From Escherichia phage vB_EcoM-UFV06, in the sequence record OP555980.1: a DNA stretch of 64,000 nt. One strand, given 5' to 3'. The position numbers were made by a program, and so were the translations under genes. Under the pieces are notes generated by a model that did no database searches, was not told where the DNA came from, and saw nothing but the letters and a program-made list of their open reading frames with translations. Below, piece after piece: positions 1 to 7,688 of this stretch (positions are counted from its first letter, which is position 1; the number at the start of each line of letters is the position of its first letter).

Positions 1-33
1 TTCATCTATACGTAACATTTCAAATATATTCAT
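1..33 (-). CDS. e: lysozyme e (endolysin), N-terminal 11 codons only; gene runs off the window start
   Basis: Reverse complement of 1-33 reads MNIFEMLRIDE, the T4 lysozyme N-terminus; AGGAGG SD and TATAAATA motifs upstream on minus strand. Confidence 0.7.
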   Translation of the reverse strand, partial: MNIFEMLRIDE

Positions 34-46
34 AATACCTCCTAAG

Positions 47-67
47 TATTTATAGAAGGTATTTATA
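47..67 (-). promoter_or_regulatory. two tandem late-promoter motifs (TATAAATA) upstream of e
   Basis: Plus TATTTATA at 47-54 and 60-67. Confidence 0.5.
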
Positions 68-70
68 AAA

Positions 71-526
71 TTAAAAGAGGTTGTTCATTATTCGGTAAAG
101 TGAAGGACCCATCACATATTGCCACTGAGTACGAGGAATAAGAGCAAAAGCATCCATCTCTGGAATCATAACGCCATCTTTATTTTCAAAATAAGACTCG
201 CAATGGCAATTTCTGAACATCTCATGCTCTACTGGAATCGTATAATAAAATAACTGTAAGTCTTTATTACTAGAATATTTAAATACACCTAGGTCTTCTA
301 GAAGGTCTGGATTATAATTGCTAAAACCGGTCTCTTCTAAGCATTCTCTTTTTGCAGCTTCCAGTGCATTCAAATCAGAACTTTCTACACGTCCCTTTGG
401 AATATCCCAGCGATGTGCCATCATTCCAGGCTTACGAGAACCAGTAACTCGTCCCATAAATAAATCTTTATCTTCTGTCATAAAGATAATACCAGCTGAT
501 AGTGTTTTCATTTTAATTTCCTGCAT
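71..526 (-). CDS. nudE: Nudix hydrolase NudE (e.1)
   Basis: 151 aa as in T4 NudE; Nudix box visible (GRVESSDLNALEAAKRECLEETGF). Confidence 0.85.
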   Translation of the reverse strand: MQEIKMKTLSAGIIFMTEDKDLFMGRVTGSRKPGMMAHRWDIPKGRVESSDLNALEAAKRECLEETGFSNYNPDLLEDLGVFKYSSNKDLQLFYYTIPVEHEMFRNCHCESYFENKDGVMIPEMDAFALIPRTQWQYVMGPSLYRIMNNLF

Positions 527-849
527 TCAGTGATAAAGTTATTTAAATTTTGAGTGTATTTCTTTTCATCAAAAATCTTTTGTTGTCTGCGTAGCCGCCA
601 TGGCATTTCAATGAACGTGTACCATATCCCAGATAATATTGCTGCTGTAAAAATATTAACAAGTATGGTTAAAAGAATCCAATCTCCTATTCTGTCCATT
701 GGATTTTTTATAAAAAAGTAAAATACGAATGATGTCACAGGACCTATTAATACATCAGTAGGAATTAGCTGACGCTTTAGTTCATACTTCACAGGTTCAC
801 TTGGAAGGTATAGTGATGGCTTTGACATATTCTCTACATTCCTTAACAA
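508..849 (-). CDS. hypothetical small membrane protein (e.2-like position); start uncertain
   Basis: 113-aa ORF with hydrophobic segments (FVFYFFI, WILLTILVNIFTAAILSGIW); syntenic with T4 e.x genes. Confidence 0.5.
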   Translation of the reverse strand: MLRNVENMSKPSLYLPSEPVKYELKRQLIPTDVLIGPVTSFVFYFFIKNPMDRIGDWILLTILVNIFTAAILSGIWYTFIEMPWRLRRQQKIFDEKKYTQNLNNFITECRKLK

Positions 850-1402
850 ATTTTTCTAATAATAAATCGCTTTCAAAATTGGGATTTTCCACGAATTTAT
901 CAAAAAGATCATCAACAATAGTTAAGATATTCTTTTTACTAAGAATACACTTATTTTCATGCTTCGTTTCAGAATCAACTATAAGAGTAAAGAAATATTT
1001 CTTGCCCTGAAATTTTACAGTAGTATCAATATAGAATAAATTTGACTTTTGTAAATTACGTTTAAACCATGCATCACTTAAACTATAAACGCCAAGATAA
1101 TCATAATCGTCGTTTAAATAACAGACCGTCCATTCAGGAGAAACAAAATCAGTAAATTCAACGTCAAAATCGCATGTTAATGAATGAATTGATTCAATAC
1201 TGTTAATAAGTATTCCAGGACGTATTAAAGACTTTTTACCTTTATAAAATCCAGAAAGACTTTCATCAGTTTCATATGAAGAACCCCAATAATAATTACG
1301 TCCTTCTGCCATACGTTTAAGAGCATTTAATAATTGATCTGGAACATCAACCTGTCTTTGGAACTCTTCAAACATTGAATTGAAATCACTTTGCATTTTC
1401 AT
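797..1402 (-). CDS. hypothetical protein (e.x family position)
   Basis: 201-aa ORF in minus-strand early gene array; no motif recognised. Confidence 0.5.
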   Translation of the reverse strand: MKMQSDFNSMFEEFQRQVDVPDQLLNALKRMAEGRNYYWGSSYETDESLSGFYKGKKSLIRPGILINSIESIHSLTCDFDVEFTDFVSPEWTVCYLNDDYDYLGVYSLSDAWFKRNLQKSNLFYIDTTVKFQGKKYFFTLIVDSETKHENKCILSKKNILTIVDDLFDKFVENPNFESDLLLEKFVKECREYVKAITIPSK

Positions 1403-1423
1403 TCCTACTTACTTCAAGTAATA

Positions 1424-1437
1424 GGGGCCGAAGCCCC
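1424..1437. terminator. GNRA-tetraloop stem-loop, likely bidirectional terminator/RNA stability element
   Basis: GGGGCCGAAGCCCC. Confidence 0.5.
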
Positions 1438-1443
1438 TTATCA

Positions 1444-2037
1444 TTATTTCAGAGAATTAATATATTCCTGAACATCGGCAGAGGTAGTTTCAACCCCGGA
1501 AATATTACCGTTAAAGGTTTCAACTCGAGCAAGAGTATCTTCAATATCAACCTTAGTCAGTGCTGCAATTTCAACTACATCATCAGCAGTACTAATTCCG
1601 AGGGCATTCGCGGCGCGAGTTTCACGGATATATTCCAATTTAACTGCAAGTTCTTGGCGAGCATCATCCAATTCAACTACTTTCTTGGCGATTTCAATTC
1701 GCATTTCAGCATACCCATCAGCTTTAGTAGTTAACTGCTCAGCTGTTCGACGATATAGCAAGCCGAGTTTAGCATGCATTGTTACATCTTGACCTTCGGA
1801 AAGAAGCTTGCGAATTTCACGCTCTTTTGATTCGGCCTGTCGATTCTTTTCGATAACAAGTTCACGAATACGTTTTTCTTCATTAATAGATTTAACAGAA
1901 GCAGTTTTTAAATCTTTAATTTTATCAAGTAGTTTTGCTGCTGCAGCAGTATACTGTTCTTCAACAGATAGATTTTTAGCCATAGCAGAACCAAGTTTAG
2001 TGCGAATAAACTCAACAATTTTCTTCAGTGTGTTCAT
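1444..2037 (-). CDS. hypothetical coiled-coil protein, possibly PspA/IM30-like
   Basis: 197-aa ORF, long heptad-like charged helices; resemblance to PspA architecture is by eye only. Confidence 0.5.
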   Translation of the reverse strand: MNTLKKIVEFIRTKLGSAMAKNLSVEEQYTAAAAKLLDKIKDLKTASVKSINEEKRIRELVIEKNRQAESKEREIRKLLSEGQDVTMHAKLGLLYRRTAEQLTTKADGYAEMRIEIAKKVVELDDARQELAVKLEYIRETRAANALGISTADDVVEIAALTKVDIEDTLARVETFNGNISGVETTSADVQEYINSLK

Positions 2038-2080
2038 AGTATTTCCTTAGGTTGATTAAGATTTAAAATCCGTGAGAGTA

Positions 2081-2257
2081 TTATACTCCGGATAGTTTGT
2101 AAACTATTTCAACATCGCCTTTTGCTGCTTTATAACCTTCAGCCCAAGATATAACCGAGTTTTTATCCGAAGATTCAAATTCTGGCATTGGGCTTTCGCC
2201 AATGTTCACGCAGTATGTTTCTTCATTTTCGTCAAACCAAATAATTAAAGTAGTCAT
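2081..2257 (-). CDS. hypothetical small protein (58 aa), not in ORF track
   Basis: ATG at 2257-2255 with GGAG SD 7 nt upstream; reads MTTLIIWFDENEETYCVNIG...KLSGV, stop at 2083-2081. Confidence 0.35.
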   Translation of the reverse strand: MTTLIIWFDENEETYCVNIGESPMPEFESSDKNSVISWAEGYKAAKGDVEIVYKLSGV

Positions 2258-2325
2258 TTATTTCTCCGTTTCTGTATTTGTTTTGATAAGTCTATAATAA
2301 CACCGTCCTTGGTGTTTGTACACAA

Positions 2326-2601
2326 TTATTTCATATTATTGAAATATTCTTCTGCAATTTCGTCGTTATCATGGTAAACTTTAGAAGACAGTTTAACATA
2401 ACCTTCAGCAGTGAACATGTTAATCACAACCTTTACAGTATACCACTGACCATCTTCATTACCCATTACTGCGTAAGTTTCAAACATCGGATGATCAGGA
2501 CCGATAACTTTAATATCATTCACTGTACGACCAAAATCTTCTGAAACACATTTCATAAAGAAGTTGAACAGTTCGCCGTAATTATCCATTTCATTCTCCA
2601 A
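2326..2601 (-). CDS. hypothetical protein
   Basis: 91-aa ORF preceded by early-promoter motif (TTTACA-17-TACTAT) and GGAG SD. Confidence 0.5.
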   Translation of the reverse strand: MENEMDNYGELFNFFMKCVSEDFGRTVNDIKVIGPDHPMFETYAVMGNEDGQWYTVKVVINMFTAEGYVKLSSKVYHDNDEIAEEYFNNMK

Positions 2602-2630
2602 GTTGTTTTCTGTATCAGTAGTTGATAGTT

Positions 2631-2661
2631 GTATAGTACCATAGAAGAACAGGGATGTAAA
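2631..2661 (-). promoter_or_regulatory. early (sigma70-type) promoter, TTTACA-17 bp-TACTAT
   Basis: Minus strand reads ...TTTACAtccctgttcttctatggTACTAT...; upstream of 2326-2601 gene. Confidence 0.5.
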
Positions 2662-2795
2662 CAGTTTTGTGAAAAATTTTTTAAAAAGTTTTGGGGAATT
2701 CTAGGGCAAGGAGGGGAAATTAAAGGATAGGATAATATATTATAAAGGGTAGAAACTAAATGATGCCTAGAGAGGCCTGGAAAGGCTTAGATACC

Positions 2796-2822
2796 AAAAA
2801 GCCCCAACCTTTTGGTCGGGAC
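2796..2822 (-). terminator. intrinsic terminator for minus-strand transcripts
   Basis: Minus strand cccgacc-aaaa-ggttggg followed by gcttttt; just downstream of stop at 2831. Confidence 0.55.
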
Positions 2823-2830
2823 TAAGAATG

Positions 2831-3304
2831 TTATTTGATTTGTTTAGCAGACCAAATGCGGTCTTTAATAATTTTTTGGATGTCTTCAACATACTCAAGA
2901 GAATGAGCATGTGGGTTATCTTTAAAGCTATGAGCACGAGCTAGCTTTTGGCCTTCAGTTTTGATTACTAAAAGCTCTTTAAGGATAGCTTCATATTTGG
3001 AGATAATTCCTTTAACGATATTTTTTTCTTGTGCGACTTTAGGATCTGCTTTAGGAGCAGGTTTACCCGAAGCCTTTGCAAAAGCAGCGCCAGTAGCAAC
3101 TAAACTTTTCCAGGCCATACTAACTGCATTTCCCGTAAATCCTTCCGCTTTCATGTCGCGTGCGAACTGGAATCGTGATTCATCAGAAGCATCTTTGTAA
3201 GAATATTTACCCGCTGCAATGGCTGCTTTTGCGACAGCTTGAATTTCGGTGCTAGATGCTTCATTTAACACCGCTTCATTTAAAAATTGAGTATATGATT
3301 TCAT
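2831..3304 (-). CDS. internal-protein-like head protein with capsid-targeting sequence
   Basis: N-terminus MKSYTQFLNEA resembles the T4 IP targeting sequence MKTYQEFIAE with L-x-E cleavage motif; own TATAAATA upstream; terminator hairpins on both sides. Confidence 0.6.
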   Translation of the reverse strand: MKSYTQFLNEAVLNEASSTEIQAVAKAAIAAGKYSYKDASDESRFQFARDMKAEGFTGNAVSMAWKSLVATGAAFAKASGKPAPKADPKVAQEKNIVKGIISKYEAILKELLVIKTEGQKLARAHSFKDNPHAHSLEYVEDIQKIIKDRIWSAKQIK

Positions 3305-3340
3305 CTTATTTCCTGTTTTAATTCGTGGATTTAATATACT

Positions 3341-3348
3341 TATTTATA
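3341..3348 (-). promoter_or_regulatory. late-promoter motif TATAAATA upstream of internal-protein-like gene
   Basis: Plus TATTTATA at 3341-3348, about 36 nt upstream of ATG at 3304. Confidence 0.45.
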
Positions 3349-3354
3349 CTAAAA

Positions 3355-3378
3355 AGCCCCAACCTTTTGGTCGGGGCT
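3355..3378 (-). terminator. intrinsic terminator (near-identical copy of the 2796-2822 element)
   Basis: AAAAAGCCCCAACCTTTTGGTCGGGGCT versus AAAAAGCCCCAACCTTTTGGTCGGGACT at 2796. Confidence 0.55.
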
Positions 3379-3379
3379 A

Positions 3380-3685
3380 AGCCTTGCGGCAACCTTGTCG
3401 GGGTTCCACCTGCTAAGGCAAGTGTTTGTACGAAACGCCGGGATTCGAACCCGGTTATTAAGCAGTTGACGCTACTCAATATTTTTAAAAGGCCATATCT
3501 CGACCATATCCGAACGTTCCGTCAAAAACGCTACTCGGCTTACGGCAAAGATATTTCCTCGAATCGATAATTCGGTGCGCCGTTTCTGCTGTGATAGTAA
3601 AGAGCCAGAACACAGTAAAACTGTGGGAGGAAACTATACTCCAGGGAACATCAGTCCGACGACTTACCGGTAGCGACCCGGTTTC
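3380..3685 (-). ncRNA. putative small stable RNA(s), rnaC/rnaD-like region
   Basis: About 300 nt without ORF, GC-richer than surroundings; contains tRNA-like T-arm (CCGGGTTCGAATCCCGG on minus strand, plus 3438-3454) with pairing acceptor-like ends; ends at a terminator hairpin. Confidence 0.35.
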
Positions 3686-4036
3686 TTAGTATTCTTTTAA
3701 AGCATCAATTTGTTCACGGCGTTTACGCCATAAATCAATTGCTTCATAAGCAGATTCAGCATTTCGAATTAGCCGACATTTATATAAAGACTTGTGATTT
3801 TGGTATTGCGTAGATAATGGAATTTTATCTAAAAGGTCTTTGCGTTCAAAGTATTCGTAACCATCTAAACCAAATGAACGATTTTTGAGAAATTGCCAAT
3901 GACCATATTCGTTTTCGACATAAACATAATCTGCATGCTGATAAAGCAAATTAATTACACGTTCAGAAATAACAGTATCATTATGATTAAAATAGAATGT
4001 TAAATCATGAACTACTAAATAAACATTACCTTTCAT
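3686..4036 (-). CDS. hypothetical protein
   Basis: 116-aa ORF between tRNA-Arg and the small-RNA region. Confidence 0.5.
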   Translation of the reverse strand: MKGNVYLVVHDLTFYFNHNDTVISERVINLLYQHADYVYVENEYGHWQFLKNRSFGLDGYEYFERKDLLDKIPLSTQYQNHKSLYKCRLIRNAESAYEAIDLWRKRREQIDALKEY

Positions 4037-4054
4037 ATTTTCCTCACTTATAAT

Positions 4055-4130
4055 TGGTCGAGGCAGTAGGGATCGAACCTACGACCCAGGACTTAGAAGG
4101 TCCTTGCTCTTCCTTCTGAGCTATGCCCCG
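4055..4130 (-). tRNA. tRNA-Arg (anticodon UCU), CCA encoded
   Basis: Hand-folded cloverleaf; anticodon loop CTTCTAA; T-arm GTAGG/TTCGATC/CCTAC; acceptor CGGGGCA/TGCCTCG. Confidence 0.8.
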
Positions 4131-4134
4131 TAAT

Positions 4135-4210
4135 TGGGGTGACCGATGGGAGTCGAACCCATGACTACGAGAATCACAATCTCGAGTTCTACCAACTGAA
4201 CTACGGCCAC
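4135..4210 (-). tRNA. tRNA, anticodon GUG (His by code; tentative, no G-1)
   Basis: Cloverleaf with U8, A14, G18G19, T-loop TTCGACT; anticodon loop TTGTGAT; CCA encoded. Confidence 0.55.
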
Positions 4211-4324
4211 ATTAATACCTACTCCAACAATCATGATGTCTTCACACGAAATTAAGAGAAGAGTGATCAGTTCAACCCCTATAATCGCGTCAAGTAGATA
4301 TTAATGTGACAGTTGTCACAAATT

Positions 4325-4399
4325 TGGCGGACGTGATAGGATTCGAACCTATAACCAATCGCTTAACAGGCGATCGCTCTGCCATTGAGCTACACATCC
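4325..4399 (-). tRNA. tRNA-Asn (GUU)
   Basis: Cloverleaf; anticodon stem ATCGC/GCGAT, loop CTGTTAA; T-loop TTCGAAT; CCA encoded. Confidence 0.8.
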
Positions 4400-4403
4400 A
4401 AAT

Positions 4404-4490
4404 TGGTGGGGAGTGATGGAGTCGAACCACCCGAGTCGCAATGACAATGAATTTACAGTCCACACCGCTACCTCTACGGGATAACTCCCC
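4404..4490 (-). tRNA. tRNA-Tyr (GUA), long variable arm
   Basis: 87 nt, 3-bp D-stem, anticodon loop CTGTAAA, 15-nt variable arm, T-loop TTCGACT; CCA encoded. Confidence 0.7.
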
Positions 4491-4496
4491 TTAATT

Positions 4497-4571
4497 TGGT
4501 GGCCCTGGGTGGAATTGAACCACCATCTGGCGATTATGAGTCGCTTGCTTGAACCTTCCAGCTACAGGGCC
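4497..4571 (-). tRNA. tRNA with anticodon CAU (Met or lysidine-modified Ile, as in T4 tRNA-Ile)
   Basis: Cloverleaf; anticodon loop CTCATAA; T-arm GGTGG/TTCAATT/CCACC; acceptor GGCCCTG/CAGGGCC. Confidence 0.75.
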
Positions 4572-4572
4572 T

Positions 4573-4648
4573 TGGTGCTGATTGACGGAATCGAACCGCC
4601 GACATCCTCATTACAAGTGAGGTGCTCTACCTACTGAGCTAAATCAGC
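4573..4648 (-). tRNA. tRNA-Thr (UGU)
   Basis: Cloverleaf; anticodon stem CCTCA/TGAGG, loop CTTGTAA; T-loop TTCGATT. Confidence 0.8.
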
Positions 4649-4653
4649 AAAGC

Positions 4654-4743
4654 TGGCGGAGGCGATAGGATTTGAACCTATGAATCGCCGGAGCGACTGC
4701 CGGTTTTCAAGACCGGTGCATTAAACCACTCTGCCACGCCTCC
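4654..4743 (-). tRNA. tRNA-Ser (UGA), long variable arm
   Basis: 90 nt; anticodon stem CCGGT/ACCGG, loop CTTGAAA; T-loop TTCAAAT; CCA encoded. Confidence 0.8.
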
Positions 4744-4745
4744 AG

Positions 4746-4819
4746 TCTCCATACAAGGATTTGAACCTTGGACCTCCTGATCCCAAATCAGGCGCTCTAC
4801 CAAACTGAGCTACACGGAG
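4746..4819 (-). tRNA. tRNA-Pro (UGG), CCA not encoded
   Basis: Anticodon stem CCTGA/TCAGG, loop TTTGGGA; T-arm CAAGG/TTCAAAT/CCTTG; only 2 nt from tRNA-Ser 5' end. Confidence 0.8.
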
Positions 4820-4829
4820 TAAATTAAAT

Positions 4830-4903
<74 letters not shown>

Positions 4904-4908
4904 AAATT

Positions 4909-4995
4909 TGGTGCGAGAAGTGGGACTCGAACCCACAAGGAAATCATTCCGCAGCATTTTAAGTGCTGTGCCTTTACCAATTTGACCATTCTCGC
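4909..4995 (-). tRNA. tRNA-Leu (UAA), long variable arm
   Basis: 87 nt; anticodon stem CAGCA/TGCTG, loop CTTAAAA; T-loop TTCGAGT; CCA encoded. Confidence 0.8.
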
Positions 4996-4996
4996 G

Positions 4997-5069
4997 CTGG
5001 GAATAAAGGATTCGAACCTTTGCATCTAGCAGTCAAAGTGCTATGCCTTACCAACTTGGCTAATTCCCA
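4997..5069 (-). tRNA. tRNA-Gln (UUG), U1:A72, CCA not encoded
   Basis: Anticodon stem TAGCA/TGCTA, loop CTTTGAC; T-loop TTCGAAT; 1 nt from tRNA-Leu 5' end. Confidence 0.8.
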
Positions 5070-5155
5070 ATTATTAACAAAGGCTCTTTAGCAAGAACCC
5101 TTGATGATAGAGGGTATTAATCAGTGCGGTATGAGTTAATAATAACAAATAATTC

Positions 5156-5680
5156 TTAAAGCAAATTAAACATTTTAACAGTCGGCAAAACAATTTCTTT
5201 TTCTATATAAGAGTATTTAACACTCTCAACTACACGCAAAAAATCATAATCATAATACTCAGAAGCACTGCCTAAAATATTAATAAGTCCTTCAAGCACT
5301 TTATTACCATTCACAAAGAATAAGTCAAATACACGTTCTTCGTCTTCTTCGGATTTATTACCAAGGTCAACTTCTATGTCAAAGACCTTTTTAATGAATT
5401 CTGGATAAAGTTGTTCTGAGAACAGTCCTTCAACCAAGTATTCATAAATAAAAAGCGATTGCTCGCTGAACAAGCCATTACCACAATAACGTTCAGCTTT
5501 AGTACTAGAATGTCTGCTTTTAAACTTCTTTAAAAGATATTGGAATTGTAAGATTTCATGCTCTTCTACGCCAAACAGTGTTTTAGTTTTATAGTTGTCA
5601 CCATCATTTTCCCAGGTAGTGACATCAATTACGTAACCCTGTGGAATTGTAGTACCTAAACAAATATTCATTTTCACCAC
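5156..5680 (-). CDS. hypothetical protein (variable locus between tRNAs and ipI)
   Basis: 174-aa ORF, no capsid-targeting sequence, no motif recognised. Confidence 0.5.
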   Translation of the reverse strand: MVKMNICLGTTIPQGYVIDVTTWENDGDNYKTKTLFGVEEHEILQFQYLLKKFKSRHSSTKAERYCGNGLFSEQSLFIYEYLVEGLFSEQLYPEFIKKVFDIEVDLGNKSEEDEERVFDLFFVNGNKVLEGLINILGSASEYYDYDFLRVVESVKYSYIEKEIVLPTVKMFNLL

Positions 5681-5964
5681 GCTGCATTAATATACGTTTT
5701 CTGAATGCATTCAAGACCTAAAGGATTCTTGAAAATATCATATTCAAGAGGACCTTTTTCTGTTTCAATAAAGAAATCAAAATTTACTGTATTAAATTTA
5801 CGGTCTTCCTTCACTAATTTAACTTGAGAAGATGAACGGTCAACATAAACCTTTTCAACTTCAAAACATGTTAAAACGCCATAATCATCAATCAAGGCTT
5901 TAGCCGCGTCTTGATCATATTTATATCCATTTTCAATGGATGATACTTTCGCATAAAGAATCAT
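5674..5964 (-). CDS. hypothetical protein (variable locus)
   Basis: 96-aa ORF, tightly packed with neighbours. Confidence 0.5.
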   Translation of the reverse strand: MILYAKVSSIENGYKYDQDAAKALIDDYGVLTCFEVEKVYVDRSSSQVKLVKEDRKFNTVNFDFFIETEKGPLEYDIFKNPLGLECIQKTYINAAW

Positions 5965-5966
5965 TA

Positions 5967-6371
5967 TTAACCTTTATCAACAATAGTATGTGTATGGGCA
6001 TTTACGATTTGCCACCAGTCAAAACTATCGCCAAATCGTTTTGATTTATTGTCTTCAATAATTTGGCGTAATTCATCTTCTGTTTCAGCATACGCAATCA
6101 AATCATCATATCCACCGCAAGGATAGTAATTATCGCCTGCGAACAAAAGAAAATTTACTTTAGATGGGTCTACATAATAATGCTCTTTAGGATATTTAGT
6201 TCCTTTCCAATCAGTTACTTCAACATAACGATAAGAAAATCCATTTTTACTTTCAACCCAACTCCACGCTTCAAAAGGAGTATTAAAAACTCTATCAGGT
6301 ATTAAATTACCTTCAAAATGAGAAGGATTTGCATAATCCCCAGCATAAACATAATATTCGTTAATATTCAT
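5967..6371 (-). CDS. hypothetical protein (variable locus)
   Basis: 134-aa ORF; Tyr/Trp-rich; stop abuts next gene start. Confidence 0.5.
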   Translation of the reverse strand: MNINEYYVYAGDYANPSHFEGNLIPDRVFNTPFEAWSWVESKNGFSYRYVEVTDWKGTKYPKEHYYVDPSKVNFLLFAGDNYYPCGGYDDLIAYAETEDELRQIIEDNKSKRFGDSFDWWQIVNAHTHTIVDKG

Positions 6372-6557
6372 TTATTCACCTTTAGAAATTTTATCCATAA
6401 CAATAGCGATTAAACCAATTAAAAATGCTACTACAAGTGAAAAAACATTTTCTGCTGTAGTCAATAATCCGCATATAAATCCAACAAACATTGAAAAACT
6501 AAAAGCGGAAGCAGAAATTGCAATAGCAACATTTCGAATTAATTCACAACGTTTCAT
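6372..6557 (-). CDS. hypothetical small membrane protein
   Basis: 61 aa with two hydrophobic helices; early-promoter motif and GAGGAG SD upstream. Confidence 0.45.
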   Translation of the reverse strand: MKRCELIRNVAIAISASAFSFSMFVGFICGLLTTAENVFSLVVAFLIGLIAIVMDKISKGE

Positions 6558-6585
6558 TTTATTCTCCTCGGTAGTTGATAGGGTA

Positions 6586-6614
6586 ATAGTATCACAACTA
6601 AAACCCTATGTAAA
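6586..6614 (-). promoter_or_regulatory. early promoter, TTTACA-17 bp-TACTAT
   Basis: Same motif family; upstream of 61-aa gene. Confidence 0.5.
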
Positions 6615-6633
6615 CAACTTTGTGAAATATTTA

Positions 6634-6918
6634 TTACAAAAGATTTTTAGCAATAATTTTAAGCTGAGCTACTGAAATATGCTTGGCTTTAAACAAAGCA
6701 GTTTCTTCAGCAGGGGAGATAACGATTGTAGCACCATCTTTCTTAGCGGACCATCCATCACCCAGGTAAACAGTACCTTTGACTTCTTCGCCATCAACCA
6801 GGCTAATCATCGGTTTACCTTCACGTCCTTTGTTTGCTTTAATAACTTCAGAAGTAAGGGTCGCTTCAGTCAAAGTAGAAGCGTTAGTGGTTGAAGTGAA
6901 TTCTTGATAAGTTTTCAT
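6634..6918 (-). CDS. ipI: internal protein I-like, capsid-targeting sequence at N-terminus
   Basis: MKTYQEF... N-terminus; 94 aa; adjacent to 57B as in T4; early-promoter motif upstream. Confidence 0.55.
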   Translation of the reverse strand: MKTYQEFTSTTNASTLTEATLTSEVIKANKGREGKPMISLVDGEEVKGTVYLGDGWSAKKDGATIVISPAEETALFKAKHISVAQLKIIAKNLL

Positions 6919-6948
6919 TTTATTTTCCTAATTAATTTTGATGAGGTA

Positions 6949-6977
6949 ATAGTATCACTACCTCATCAGCATGTAAA
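6949..6977 (-). promoter_or_regulatory. early promoter, TTTACA-17 bp-TACTAT, with embedded 9-bp inverted repeat
   Basis: Minus strand ...gttgTTTACAtgctgatgaggtagtgaTACTATtacctcatc...; upstream of ipI-like gene. Confidence 0.5.
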
Positions 6978-6990
6978 CAACTTTGTGAAA

Positions 6991-7687
<697 letters not shown>

Positions 7688-7688
<1 letters not shown>

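Noticed and set aside
508-849. 53-nt overlap between the 113-aa and 201-aa minus-strand ORFs (797-849)
   Set aside because: Most likely an artefact of the track choosing the most upstream start; an internal ATG (MSKPSLYL...) shortens the overlap. Not evidence of frameshifting.
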